A stretch of DNA of 63,300 nucleotides from Bacteroidales bacterium (GCA_031254805.1 JAIRTP010000027.1:1-63300); one strand, 5' to 3'; shown: positions 38,986-49,325, counted from the stretch's first letter. Numbers and translations: made by a program. Notes: generated by a model from the sequence alone, not told the origin.

Positions 38986-39378
38986 TTAAAATAAAACAGC
39001 GATTTTCGGCACAAATATTATCAATCCTATAATAAACGCAGTTAACGCTGCAACAAAAACTCCCGCTGCGGACAGGTCTTTGATAATTTTTATTTTGTCA
39101 TTTTTATCAGGCTCAACGAAATCCGCTATTCGTTCTATCGAAGAATTGAGAAGCTCCATAGAAAAGACTAATCCTATTGCAAAAATAGCTGCAATCCATT
39201 CCAAAACAGAGATTTTAAAGATAAAACCTGCCGTAACAACGCAAATTGTCGCGATCGCCTCTATCCAAGCATTGTGTTCCTCTTTCAGCAAAGTCCGGAA
39301 ACCGGAAAAAGCGTAACAAAAACTACGTAATCGCTTTTTTATGGAAAATTCCTGTCGCTTCATATAGCCATCTGTCAA
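38986..39378 (-). CDS. dgkA: Diacylglycerol kinase family membrane protein
   Basis: 130 aa, three TM helices, EEHNAWIE / ELLNSSIERIAD motifs. ATGA overlap with the upstream ORF. Confidence 0.8.
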   Translation of the reverse strand: MTDGYMKRQEFSIKKRLRSFCYAFSGFRTLLKEEHNAWIEAIATICVVTAGFIFKISVLEWIAAIFAIGLVFSMELLNSSIERIADFVEPDKNDKIKIIKDLSAAGVFVAALTAFIIGLIIFVPKIAVLF

Positions 39379-39656
39379 TCGATTTTTCTATAGACGAAAC
39401 ATCCCGTTTTCGACGGATGGTCTTGCACTAAAGTATCGTTTTTCTCCCTCCGCAAAACAAAGATCATCATATCGCCGTATGTCGCTAAAGTAAAAAATAT
39501 TCCAAAAAGTAACGCCCAAATATTATCGGCGATAATTCCTGTAGTGGCGGGAATAAATCCTAAAACTACAGCGGGCATAATAATCCCGAAAATATTAGCC
39601 TTTGGAATATCGATGGTTATTTTTTTTCGACGATATCCGCCTAATGATTCTTCCAT
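39375..39656 (-). CDS. Small membrane protein resembling the C-terminal half of DUF3267 (putative zincin) proteins
   Basis: 93 aa, two TM helices, GDMMIF...DTLVQDHPSKTGCFVY tail. No HExxH segment. Overlaps the uvrA stop by 16 nt. Confidence 0.4.
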   Translation of the reverse strand: MEESLGGYRRKKITIDIPKANIFGIIMPAVVLGFIPATTGIIADNIWALLFGIFFTLATYGDMMIFVLRREKNDTLVQDHPSKTGCFVYRKID

Positions 39657-42457
39657 TTTATCTTATTTGCTAACAAAGCTTTGGCTGTGTATGAATCTTT
39701 ATGTTTCATCAAATCTTCAGGCGTTCCAGCAAAAAGCAAATTTCCTCCTTCTTCGCCTCCTTCCAGCCCTAAATCAATAACCCAATCGGCGGCCTTTATC
39801 ATCTCCAAATTATGTTCAACCACAATGACCGAATGTCCTCTATCAATCAACGCATTTAAAGATTGCAATAATTTGCTGATATCATGAAAATGCAATCCTG
39901 TAGTCGGTTCGTCGAAAATGAAAAGCATCGGCGCATGATTCGCTTTAGAAAGGAAATAAGCCAATTTCACGCGCTGCGCCTCTCCGCCGGAGAGCGTAGC
40001 CGTCGGTTGTCCCAATTTTAGATATCCCAAACCGGTATCTTGTAACGCTTTCAGCTTTTCTAAAATATGCTTTATATGACTGTTTGCCTCGTCTTCCTTT
40101 TTAAAAAATTGAATTGCTTCGTCGATCGTTTTCTCCAAAAGTTCCGAAATATTGATGTTTTGATATTTTACGTCAAGAACTTCTTTTTTGAATCTTTTGC
40201 CTCCGCATTCCTGACATTCCAACCACACATCGGCCATAAATTGCATTTCTACCTTGATTTTCCCTTCTCCTTCACATGTTTCGCAACGTCCTCCCGGTAC
40301 ATTGAAAGAGAAGAAGCCGGATTTGTATCCGCGCGTTTTAGCAAGTTTCAAAGAAGCATATAAATTGCGAATATCGTCGTACGCTCCGATATAAGTCGCC
40401 GGATTTGAACGACTCGAACGTCCTATCGGATTCTGATCCACCATTTCTACATTGCTTATTTGTTTTAAACTTCCTTCGAGCGAACAATGCAATCCGGTGC
40501 GTTCTTCACAAGAGTCGAATCGCTTTTTCAAGGCAGGATACAGGATTTGCTTGACAAGGGTTGTTTTTCCCGATCCGGAAACGCCGCTTACAACAGTCAA
40601 CGTGTGCAAAGGAAATGTCACATCAATATTTTTCAAATTATTTTCCTGCGCGCCGATCACTTTGACATACTCTTTCCATGTACGACGAGACGACGGCATC
40701 GGGACGGACATTTTTCCCGATAAATATTTCGAAGTCAGACTTTCGTCATTTTTCATCAATTCGGGCAACGTTCCTGAAAAAACTACTTCGCCGCCTAAAT
40801 ATCCCGCTAAAGGACCGATATCAATGATCTGATCGGCGGCGTGAATTACCTCTTCATCGTGTTCCACAACGACGACGGTATTGCCGTAATCGCGTAATTT
40901 TTTCAATAAAGCGATGAGCCGCTGCGTATCGCGCGAATGTAATCCGACGCTGGGTTCGTCCAAAATATAAATAGATCCAACCAAATTGCTCCCTAATGAA
41001 GTCGCTAATTGTATTCTTTGCGACTCTCCGCCCGACAAAGTATTAGAAAGCCGGTTTAAAGTTAAATAACCTAATCCGACGTCGGTCAGAAATTCCAGCC
41101 TCTTGGTAATTTCAATGAAAAGACGATTGGAAACCTTTTGTTCGTATTCGTCAAGATGAAGCGTGCGAAATTTACTTAATAAGGTTTCTATTGGCATCTG
41201 CACCATATCGGTAATGCTTATTTCATCTATTTTAACATAACTCGCCTCTTTTCGCAGGCGCGTCCCATGACATTCGGGGCAGATCGTTTTTCCACGATAT
41301 CGCGCTTGCAAAATCTTGTATTGGATTTTATAGCTATTTTCCGAAACCATGTCGAAAAAATCGTCGATCCCTTCCAATTTGGAAGCTCCTTTCCAAAGCA
41401 TATTTTTCTGTTTTTCAGTCAATTCAGCATATGGCTTATGTATTGGAAAATCATATTTCATTGCATTTCTCACAAATGTATCGCGCCAAAGCCCCATTTT
41501 TTCCCCTTTCCAAGGAGCGACGGCTCCTTCATAAATGGAAAGAGTTTTGTCGGGAATAACCAAATCCTCGTCTATGCCGATAACAAAACCAAACCCTTCG
41601 CATGTTTTACACGCCCCGTAAGGATTGTTGAAAGAAAAAAGATGTTCCGTCGGCTCTTCGAAAGTCATTTCATCCGCTTCAAAACGATCGGAGAAGATTT
41701 TACGCGCCATTTTTCCAGCTTCTTCATAATCGATATAACAAATTCCTTTTCCTTCATAAAAAGCGCTTTGAACGGAATCAGAGCAACGCATCATGACGTC
41801 GCGTTCCTTAACGGCCATCATCCGATCAATGACGATATTAATATCGGTTTCTTCGGTAACATTCGAAAAATCTTGCGGCGTATCAATACGGACGATTTCA
41901 CCATTGATCATCAGACGAGAAAAACCTTGTTGCAACAGTAACTTGAAATAATCGTTGGCAGAGCGTTTGTTCAATGAAATCGGAGCTAAAACAAAAAAAC
42001 GAGTATTTTCAGGTAATGAAAAGATGAAATCCACCACATCTTTCACAGAATCGCGTTTTACCAATTCGCCGGAAATAGGAGAATAAGTCTTGCCGACACG
42101 GGCAAAAAGCAGCTTCAAATACTCGTAGATCTCGGTGGAAGTTCCTACGGCGCTTCGCGGATTTCGAGTATTGACGCGTTGTTCAATGGCAACGGTCGGC
42201 GAAATTCCCGTAATAGATTTAACTTCGGGTTTATTGATGCGCCCAAGAAATTGCCGTGCGTAAGAACTCAAACTTTCTACATAACGACGTTGTCCTTCTG
42301 CATATAACGTATCAAACGCTAAAGTAGATTTTCCCGATCCCGAAAGTCCGGTAATTACGACCAATTTATTCCGCTCAATTACTACGTCGATATGCTTTAG
42401 ATTGTGCAAACGAGCGCCTTTTATAACTATATTTTGTTGATCCTTATTTGTTTGCAT
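39641..42457 (-). CDS. uvrA: Excinuclease ABC subunit A
   Basis: Start at MQTNKDQQNIVIKGARLHNLK. Two ABC modules (GLSGSGKST, GVSGSGKTT), Zn-finger Cys pairs. Confidence 0.97.
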   Translation of the reverse strand: MQTNKDQQNIVIKGARLHNLKHIDVVIERNKLVVITGLSGSGKSTLAFDTLYAEGQRRYVESLSSYARQFLGRINKPEVKSITGISPTVAIEQRVNTRNPRSAVGTSTEIYEYLKLLFARVGKTYSPISGELVKRDSVKDVVDFIFSLPENTRFFVLAPISLNKRSANDYFKLLLQQGFSRLMINGEIVRIDTPQDFSNVTEETDINIVIDRMMAVKERDVMMRCSDSVQSAFYEGKGICYIDYEEAGKMARKIFSDRFEADEMTFEEPTEHLFSFNNPYGACKTCEGFGFVIGIDEDLVIPDKTLSIYEGAVAPWKGEKMGLWRDTFVRNAMKYDFPIHKPYAELTEKQKNMLWKGASKLEGIDDFFDMVSENSYKIQYKILQARYRGKTICPECHGTRLRKEASYVKIDEISITDMVQMPIETLLSKFRTLHLDEYEQKVSNRLFIEITKRLEFLTDVGLGYLTLNRLSNTLSGGESQRIQLATSLGSNLVGSIYILDEPSVGLHSRDTQRLIALLKKLRDYGNTVVVVEHDEEVIHAADQIIDIGPLAGYLGGEVVFSGTLPELMKNDESLTSKYLSGKMSVPMPSSRRTWKEYVKVIGAQENNLKNIDVTFPLHTLTVVSGVSGSGKTTLVKQILYPALKKRFDSCEERTGLHCSLEGSLKQISNVEMVDQNPIGRSSRSNPATYIGAYDDIRNLYASLKLAKTRGYKSGFFSFNVPGGRCETCEGEGKIKVEMQFMADVWLECQECGGKRFKKEVLDVKYQNINISELLEKTIDEAIQFFKKEDEANSHIKHILEKLKALQDTGLGYLKLGQPTATLSGGEAQRVKLAYFLSKANHAPMLFIFDEPTTGLHFHDISKLLQSLNALIDRGHSVIVVEHNLEMIKAADWVIDLGLEGGEEGGNLLFAGTPEDLMKHKDSYTAKALLANKIKWKNH

Positions 42458-42861
42458 TAATACCTGAATCTTTTTACAGATATGCAAAGGTCGGCATAAA
42501 TGAGTAATGAAAATATATATGCTAATAAAAAGTAGTTTTCATTTTGATATTTTATCAAAACCACTGATTAATGATGCTCATGCGATTTATGAAATCTGAA
42601 AAGAACTTTCCGCATCGCTAAATCAAAGATAGAGATACAACCGGTATTTTATTTTACCTGTCGACGGATTGAAGCCCATATCTGCGTCTGTTTTGTTGCG
42701 TTAAAAGCATACAGGGAGTTGGAGCGCATATTGAAAATAACCGATATAAAATGAGTATCGACAAAACCATGATTATGAAAAGACATCAACCTGTTGCAAA
42801 ATTCTCCATCGAAGAATTTTGGGGTACGCATTGATAAAGCCAAGAAAAAACAGGAAAAGTA

Positions 42862-43167
42862 TTACTTCTCTCTTTTTCTGTTTTGAGCGCGTTCTTTTTT
42901 CATTTTACTATACATTCTCAGATTTCTTATCATAGTAAAAACCTTTATCGCCGTCGATATGCCGCTGACGATCATAGGAAGATAATTTTCTACATTAATA
43001 TCTTTCGAAGCGCGTCTTTTTTTATTGAAAATAGAACTTACCGCTACGGCAGGTTGTTTTATCGCGTTGACTTTGTCGACAAACGATTGTTCTATTTCGG
43101 CAATTTCTCTGTCAATGGCCCGCTTTCTGTTACGAAGTTGATCAATGTTGACAATGTTATGGTTCAT
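42862..43167 (-). CDS. Small coiled-coil/TM protein, unknown function
   Basis: 101 aa. Third gene of the YtxH / holin-like / small-protein cluster, overlapping the upstream gene by 11 nt. Confidence 0.5.
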   Translation of the reverse strand: MNHNIVNIDQLRNRKRAIDREIAEIEQSFVDKVNAIKQPAVAVSSIFNKKRRASKDINVENYLPMIVSGISTAIKVFTMIRNLRMYSKMKKERAQNRKREK

Positions 43168-43537
43168 GTTTTTCCTCCTTTTTTTTATTGGAGTCGTCGG
43201 ACGGTTCGCAAATCAACCGGATGATCATATTGGCAATAGGTCGAATCACTAACTTCTCACGAAATAACCAGAAAATCGCCAGACACAATCCTACAATTCC
43301 TATCTCAATCAAAACTACAATCCATGAGATGCCGATAATATTTAATAAAACGCTATAAAGTAGTACTAATATCAATAATCCCAAGATCGCCAAAAATGCT
43401 CCGACAATGGCCAATAGAGATATTTTTCCGAGAAGCAACGAAGTCTTTTCAATAGAAGAGAGCTGCAAGCGCTCCAATTGAAGTTGAATGTATTTTTTTA
43501 ACTCTTCAATCATTGATTTGAAAGATAGCGTATGCAA
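43157..43537 (-). CDS. Holin-X-like (phage holin family / DUF1469-type) membrane protein
   Basis: 126 aa, two long TM helices after an amphipathic N-terminal helix. Confidence 0.55.
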   Translation of the reverse strand: MHTLSFKSMIEELKKYIQLQLERLQLSSIEKTSLLLGKISLLAIVGAFLAILGLLILVLLYSVLLNIIGISWIVVLIEIGIVGLCLAIFWLFREKLVIRPIANMIIRLICEPSDDSNKKKEEKHEP

Positions 43538-43543
43538 TATTAT

Positions 43544-43786
43544 TTATTCCTCGTCTTCTGCCGCTAAAGATATGTCTTTAGCGACATCTTTGATCTCTTC
43601 GACAAATTCTTCTGCTTTTTCCGCCAGATTTTTAAATTTATCTTCAATATTGTCTTTAAAATCTTTCGCAGTTTTAATGATCTTTCTTCTTGTGACCGAC
43701 CCTTTGTGAGGAGCATATAACATTCCTACTATTACTCCAACGGCCGCGCCGCTTAAAAATCCTAATAAAATTTTTCCTGAATCCAT
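43544..43786 (-). CDS. YtxH-domain protein
   Basis: 80 aa. LLGFLSGAAVGVIVGMLYAPHKGSVTRRKI is the YtxH signature. Confidence 0.8.
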   Translation of the reverse strand: MDSGKILLGFLSGAAVGVIVGMLYAPHKGSVTRRKIIKTAKDFKDNIEDKFKNLAEKAEEFVEEIKDVAKDISLAAEDEE

Positions 43787-43788
43787 AA

Positions 43789-44883
43789 TTAAATATTTTT
43801 TGTAATATTATTAATAAAAGCAAATTCGCTAAAATATTCTTTCAAAATAATTCTCATCACGGTATATGCCGGAATGGCTATGATCATAGCTCCGATTCCT
43901 CCGAAATGTCCCGCTGCAATCACGACCAAGAAAATCTCAATCGGATGAGCGTTGACGCTTTTGGAAAAAATAATCGGTTGATTAAATACATTGTCGATAA
44001 TATTTGTCCCGACAAATACGAGAATTACTTTCACAACCACCCAAATCAATCCGTCGTACATTCCCAGCGCCAAACTTGAAATAACGGCTAAAACAACGCC
44101 GATAACTCCTCCCATTATTGGTCCCAAATAGGGAATGATATTCATGAATCCGCCGATGAATCCTATTAAAAATGCATTGGGAATATTAAGGATGCGTAAT
44201 CCTATCGATTCCAATGTAATCATAATAGTTAATTGCGTCAGCAATCCTATAAAATAACGCGATAAAAGAACTCTTGTTTTATGTAAAACGTTTCTGACCT
44301 TATATTGTTTATCTTTTTTGAAAATGGATAAAAAAATATTCAGAAACCTGTTCCTGTCTTTCAACAGAAAGAACGTGATGAAAAAGATAGAAAAAACGGC
44401 CATAAAGAAAGACGATATAAATGAAAATAATCCGGTAAAAGCGTTTCCGATGACCTGTATGCTCATAACAGATTTTACTTTATTCATTATTTCGGTTCCT
44501 AATTCCCTTGTCTCTTCAAGCGCCCCATGCCTTATAAGAAAATTTTGCGTGTCGTTCATGATTGCCGTAAAATATCCGGCTACTTCTTCCGTATTGATTT
44601 GTGAGATCATTTGCGCTTCTTTACTAATCAGCGGAACGACGGCGGAAACAATTCCTACGAATACGATCAATACAGTCAGCAACGTTAAAATAGCCGCCAG
44701 CCAACGAGGAAAAGCAAAGTTTTTTATTTTTCGAGATATAAAAAAGTCCATTAGCGGATTTACTACCATCGTCAAAACAACCGCGCCGATCACATAGCCT
44801 GTAATGGTAGAAAAGTACCACATCAAAAATATCGTTATAATAACTCCCAAAATGGTAAACAGAGTACGCAATTTTTGATTCAT
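43789..44883 (-). CDS. AI-2E family transporter (PerM/YhhT-like)
   Basis: 364 aa, about 8 TM helices, characteristic FIGGFMNIIPYLGP motif. Confidence 0.8.
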   Translation of the reverse strand: MNQKLRTLFTILGVIITIFLMWYFSTITGYVIGAVVLTMVVNPLMDFFISRKIKNFAFPRWLAAILTLLTVLIVFVGIVSAVVPLISKEAQMISQINTEEVAGYFTAIMNDTQNFLIRHGALEETRELGTEIMNKVKSVMSIQVIGNAFTGLFSFISSFFMAVFSIFFITFFLLKDRNRFLNIFLSIFKKDKQYKVRNVLHKTRVLLSRYFIGLLTQLTIMITLESIGLRILNIPNAFLIGFIGGFMNIIPYLGPIMGGVIGVVLAVISSLALGMYDGLIWVVVKVILVFVGTNIIDNVFNQPIIFSKSVNAHPIEIFLVVIAAGHFGGIGAMIIAIPAYTVMRIILKEYFSEFAFINNITKNI

Positions 44884-45199
44884 ATAGATTTCATTTTTAA
44901 TGATTTTTGCGGCAAATATAGTGCAATTTTAATCAAAAAATATTTATTGCAAAAATTGAATGAGCGTATACTTCTACAAAGCAATGTTATTTTCCATAAA
45001 AGTGACAAAATACTAAATTGTCTCATTCCCGTTCCTCGTTCTCGAAAAAACGCAATACGCTAATTTTGTGTGTCATTTCGAGCTGAAAGCGAAATAATCC
45101 GGAGAAGATTAAGCTTTTAAAGAATTTGCATTGAATCGGTAGAACAAATTTCCCTGTAAAATATCATACCTTTGTACCCGCAATTTTGAGGAGAGAAAA

Positions 45200-46480
45200 A
45201 TGACAGGATCGGAAAGAAAAAAGATTATAGAACTTATTAAACGCGAGGTAGTTCCCGCAATCGGTTGTACGGAGCCTATCGCCGTTGCCTTAGCTGCGGC
45301 TAAAGCGCGCGAAGTATTGGGAGATATTCCTGAGAATATAGAAGCGTATCTTAGTCCCAACATTTTAAAAAATGCTATGGGCGTGGGAATTCCAGGAACA
45401 GGCATGATAGGGCTTCCTATTGCCATCGCTTTAGGCGTATTGATTGGAAAATCGGAATATCAGTTGGAAGTGTTGAAAGAATCCAATCCGGAAGCTGTCG
45501 AAAAAGGGAAAAAATATATAGCAGAGTATCCTGTTCATATTTCACTGAAGGAGGAAGTAAAAGATAAATTGTATATTGAAGTACTCGCTTCAAAAGGCCC
45601 CGAATCGGCGCGGGTTATTATTCGTACAACTCACACCAACATCTGCTTTATTGAAAAGGATGGAGAGATTATTCTTGATAAGCAAGAACGTCGCAGCATT
45701 GAAGAGAATGAAGACGACGCATCTTTGATATTGTGCAAAGTATATGATTTTGCTATGACTGCGCCATTGGAAGAGATCGCATTTATTTTAGAGACAGGGA
45801 AAACCAATAAGAAAGCGGCATTATCTGCTTTTGAAAATGACTACGGCCATTCCTTAGGAAAAACGCTCGCCAAAGAGTCAAAAGATAATATGATGGGCGA
45901 CAGTCTTTTTTCTCATATTTTAGCATATACGTCGGCTGCTTGCGACGCTCGAATGGCGGGAGCGATGATCCCTGTAGTTAGTAATTCGGGAAGCGGAAAT
46001 CAAGGAATTTCCGCATCGTTACCGGTTCTGATTTATGCTGAAGAGACCGGACAACCGGAAGAAAATCTGATTCGCGCATTGATATTGAGCCATCTCACTG
46101 TTATTTATATTAAGTCTTACCTCGGAAGATTGTCCGCTTTATGCGGGTGCGTTGTGGCCGCCACAGGTTCTGCGTGCGGAATTACCTACCTGATGGGCGG
46201 CAAGTATGAACAGATCTCTTTTGCAGTGAAAAATATGGTCGCCAATCTCACAGGAATGATATGCGACGGGGCAAAACCCAGTTGCGCATTAAAAGTATGC
46301 AGCGGCGTATCTACTGCGGTCTTTTCGGCGATGATGGCGATGGACGGTAAAACGGTGAGTTCTTTAGAAGGAATTATTGACGACGATGTCGATCAATCCA
46401 TCAAAAATCTTACCCTTATCGGAGTCGAAGGAATGAACGAAACCGATCGGTTGATACTGAAAATAATGACGGAAAAATAA
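45200..46480 (+). CDS. UPF0597 / YhaM(CyuA)-like L-cysteine desulfidase family protein
   Basis: 426 aa. N-terminal VVPAIGCTEPIAVALAAAKA and serine-dehydratase-alpha-like core. -7 box TACCTTTG at 45167-45174. Confidence 0.8.
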   Translation: MTGSERKKIIELIKREVVPAIGCTEPIAVALAAAKAREVLGDIPENIEAYLSPNILKNAMGVGIPGTGMIGLPIAIALGVLIGKSEYQLEVLKESNPEAVEKGKKYIAEYPVHISLKEEVKDKLYIEVLASKGPESARVIIRTTHTNICFIEKDGEIILDKQERRSIEENEDDASLILCKVYDFAMTAPLEEIAFILETGKTNKKAALSAFENDYGHSLGKTLAKESKDNMMGDSLFSHILAYTSAACDARMAGAMIPVVSNSGSGNQGISASLPVLIYAEETGQPEENLIRALILSHLTVIYIKSYLGRLSALCGCVVAATGSACGITYLMGGKYEQISFAVKNMVANLTGMICDGAKPSCALKVCSGVSTAVFSAMMAMDGKTVSSLEGIIDDDVDQSIKNLTLIGVEGMNETDRLILKIMTEK

Positions 46481-46547
46481 AGATTTGTTTTATCGTTGTC
46501 TCCATATTAAAATATTTAACGTACATTTGCAAAAATAATATTGTATT

Positions 46548-46775
46548 ATGATGATGCTTGCCGTTTTACTTGGAATGGTTGGCCCGTGGCAAATAGTAAT
46601 TATCCTAGTGGTCATATTGCTCTTTTTCGGAGGTAAAAAAATACCTGAAATGATGAAAGGACTTGGAAAAGGAGTTAAAAGTTTTAAAGAAGGATTGAAC
46701 GAAGACGACAAAGAATCTTCGGAAACAACGAAAAAGGATCAAAAAGAGGGGGGAAATCAAAAAACATCGAATTAA
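46548..46775 (+). CDS. tatA: Twin-arginine translocase subunit TatA/E
   Basis: 75 aa. TM helix plus FGGKKIPEMMKGLGKGVKSFKEG amphipathic helix. TACATTTG box at 46522-46529. Confidence 0.9.
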   Translation: MMMLAVLLGMVGPWQIVIILVVILLFFGGKKIPEMMKGLGKGVKSFKEGLNEDDKESSETTKKDQKEGGNQKTSN

Positions 46776-46959
46776 ACCTGTTCTCTGAAGTTTGCGCCTG
46801 ATTTGCCAGATATTTTCTATTCGGCTGATAGTAATATTGTTATTCTACAAACATTCGAGAGCGCTCTTTATTATTCGATTTTTTGAAACGATGAAAGAGT
46901 CGGCAATATTTATGCGATTTTATCGTTAATTTTATCTTGAAAATATATATCTTTGCATA

Positions 46960-47763
46960 ATGGTAAGAAAACGCCTTATATTTTTGTATATTATTATTTG
47001 TCTGTTACTTGCAAGTTGCAGCAAGCATCAAAAATTGATAAAAAGTAGCGATAATGATTTGAAATATGAAGCGGCTATAGCCTATTTCAATAAAAAAGAC
47101 TATTTCCGCGCATTACAACTTTTTGATCAATTAACGACGGCGTTCCGTGGGACTTCTCGCGGCGAACGTATTAATTATTATCAGGCATATTGTTATTACG
47201 AACAAGGCGATTGGACGTTGGGGGGATATTATTTTCAGAGATTTGCAAAAAATTATCCCAATAGTCGAGATGCCGAAGAGGCTCTATTTATGTCGGCCAT
47301 TTGTAAATACAACCTGTCGCCTCGATATTCGTTAGATCAAACCGTTACGAAAGAAGCAATTGCAGAATTCCAGATTTTTCTAAATCGCTATCCGAATACG
47401 ACGCGTAAAGATGAATGTAACGGTTATATTGATGAATTACGAGAAAAATTAGCTCGAAAAGATATTGAAGCGTCTAAATTGTATTTTCATATGGAAGAAT
47501 ATGAAGCCGCCGTGGTCTCTTTTGAGAATATGATAAAGGATTATCCTAACAGCAAGTATGTAGAAGACGCTTCTTATTATATTATGCGTTCTTATTATCG
47601 TTTTGCGTTGAATAGTATTCATGAAAAACAATTAGAGCGTTTTCAAATGGCATTTAATGCCTATACGGATTTTGTGGCGTATTATCCGAACAGCCCGTTC
47701 AGGAAAGATGCCGATAAAATGAAAGACATCGCATTAGAACACATAAAAAAACTTCAGAAATAA
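46960..47763 (+). CDS. bamD: Outer membrane protein assembly factor BamD
   Basis: 267 aa, lipobox LLLASC, TPR-like repeats. bamD-rpoZ-coaBC synteny. Confidence 0.85.
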   Translation: MVRKRLIFLYIIICLLLASCSKHQKLIKSSDNDLKYEAAIAYFNKKDYFRALQLFDQLTTAFRGTSRGERINYYQAYCYYEQGDWTLGGYYFQRFAKNYPNSRDAEEALFMSAICKYNLSPRYSLDQTVTKEAIAEFQIFLNRYPNTTRKDECNGYIDELREKLARKDIEASKLYFHMEEYEAAVVSFENMIKDYPNSKYVEDASYYIMRSYYRFALNSIHEKQLERFQMAFNAYTDFVAYYPNSPFRKDADKMKDIALEHIKKLQK

Positions 47764-47773
47764 ATATATATCA

Positions 47774-48103
47774 ATGGATTATAAAAGAATTAAAACAGAA
47801 GACACCGCAGTAACGCGTACCATGAGGGAATTTAGTAAAGGGACCAATAATGTGTACGAAACTGTCGCTATTTTAGCAAAACGTGCAGATCAAATAGAAG
47901 TAGCGTTGAAAAAAGAGTTGGATGAAAAAGTGCAAGAATTTGCAACGCCTAACGATACTTTGGATGAAGTGTTTGAAAATCGGGAACAAATTGAAATTGC
48001 CAGATTTTACGAAAATCTTCCTAAACCGACTCTTTTGGCGACGTGGGAATATGTGAACGATAGAATTTATTTCCGCAATCCGATCAAGCAAGATAACTTC
48101 TAA
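47774..48103 (+). CDS. rpoZ: RNA polymerase omega subunit (Bacteroidota type)
   Basis: 109 aa, NVYETVAILAKRADQI motif, conserved position. Confidence 0.7.
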   Translation: MDYKRIKTEDTAVTRTMREFSKGTNNVYETVAILAKRADQIEVALKKELDEKVQEFATPNDTLDEVFENREQIEIARFYENLPKPTLLATWEYVNDRIYFRNPIKQDNF

Positions 48104-48114
48104 ATATTTCTTTA

Positions 48115-49314
48115 ATGCTGAAAGGGAAAAAGATATTATTGGGCATAAGCGGCAGCATTGCCGCTTATAAAATGCCTTTTCTTGTACGTCTTTTAAAGAA
48201 AGAAGGCGCAGAAGTGACTGTGATCTTGACCCCGACGGCTTTTGATTTTGTGACTCCGTTGACGCTTTCCACGTTGTCGGAAAATGAAGTTTTGAGCGAT
48301 CCATATGATAAAAAGAGCGGTAGATGGACCAGTCATGTGAATTTGGGAATTACCTCGAACCTGTACTTGATCGCCCCCGCTTCGGCGGCCACATTATCGA
48401 AATTAGCGCATGGACTGGCAGATAATCTTCTGACAACAACCTATTTGGCTTCCCGCTGTCCTGTCTTTATAGCTCCTGCGATGGATGTGGACATGTTTCG
48501 TCATCCTGCCACGCAAGAAAATATCGAGATTTTGCGAAAACGCGGTCATCTGATCATTGATCCGGGCGAAGGAGATTTGGCCAGCGGACTTAAAGGTGCA
48601 GGACGATTGGAGGATCCGGAAAATATTTTAAAAATCATCAAAGATTTTTTTTTAACCGCGCAGCGGCTGAACGGTAAAAAGATATTGATCACAGCCGGCC
48701 CAACCTACGAGCCTATAGATCCCGTTCGTTTCATTGGAAATTATTCTTCCGGAAAAATGGGCGTTGCTCTTGCTGAAGAGGCCGCTTCTATGGGAGCCGA
48801 AACAACTTTGATCTGCGGACCGATGGCTTATTATCCGGAAAGCAAGTGGATTAAAGTAATTAAAGTGCAAACCGCTCAACAAATGTTGGAGGCTTGTTTG
48901 GAACATTTTCCTCAAAACGACGTGGCTATCAAGGCCGCCGCCGTGGCTGATTTCACACCGGAAACGGTTGAAGAAGAAAAAATCAAAAAACAAAAAAATA
49001 CAACGCCCGAAATAAAACTGAAATCGACAGTCGATATCTTAGCGCAATTAGGAAAGCAAAAACGTGCAGATCAGGTTTTGATAGGTTTTGCATTGGAAAC
49101 CGAGCATGTTTTTGAAAATGCCGAGAAAAAACTTCGTGAAAAGAATCTTGATTTTATCGTAGTAAACGATGCAAAAAAAAGCGGCGCCGGTTTCAATGTA
49201 GATACAAACATTATCACCATATTATACTCTGATGGAAAGAAACAATCCTTTGAACAGAAACAAAAACGATTAGTCGCTCGCGACATTTTGTTGGCGGCGG
49301 CGAAAGTATTATAA
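48115..49314 (+). CDS. coaBC: Bifunctional phosphopantothenoylcysteine decarboxylase / phosphopantothenate-cysteine ligase
   Basis: 399 aa. Flavoprotein N-terminal domain (GISGSIAAYK) and DFP C-terminal domain (ITAGPTYEPIDPVRFIGNYSSGKMG). Confidence 0.95.
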   Translation: MLKGKKILLGISGSIAAYKMPFLVRLLKKEGAEVTVILTPTAFDFVTPLTLSTLSENEVLSDPYDKKSGRWTSHVNLGITSNLYLIAPASAATLSKLAHGLADNLLTTTYLASRCPVFIAPAMDVDMFRHPATQENIEILRKRGHLIIDPGEGDLASGLKGAGRLEDPENILKIIKDFFLTAQRLNGKKILITAGPTYEPIDPVRFIGNYSSGKMGVALAEEAASMGAETTLICGPMAYYPESKWIKVIKVQTAQQMLEACLEHFPQNDVAIKAAAVADFTPETVEEEKIKKQKNTTPEIKLKSTVDILAQLGKQKRADQVLIGFALETEHVFENAEKKLREKNLDFIVVNDAKKSGAGFNVDTNIITILYSDGKKQSFEQKQKRLVARDILLAAAKVL

Positions 49315-49325
49315 ATTTATCGATC

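Noticed and set aside
42649-42843. 64-aa minus-strand ORF upstream of uvrA, possibly the tail of an IS200/RAYT-like transposase (SFHNH... loosely like the FHDH motif)
   Set aside because: The resemblance rests on a few residues only, with no N-terminal HUH part and no flanking hairpin repeats. It is not supportable without a database search.
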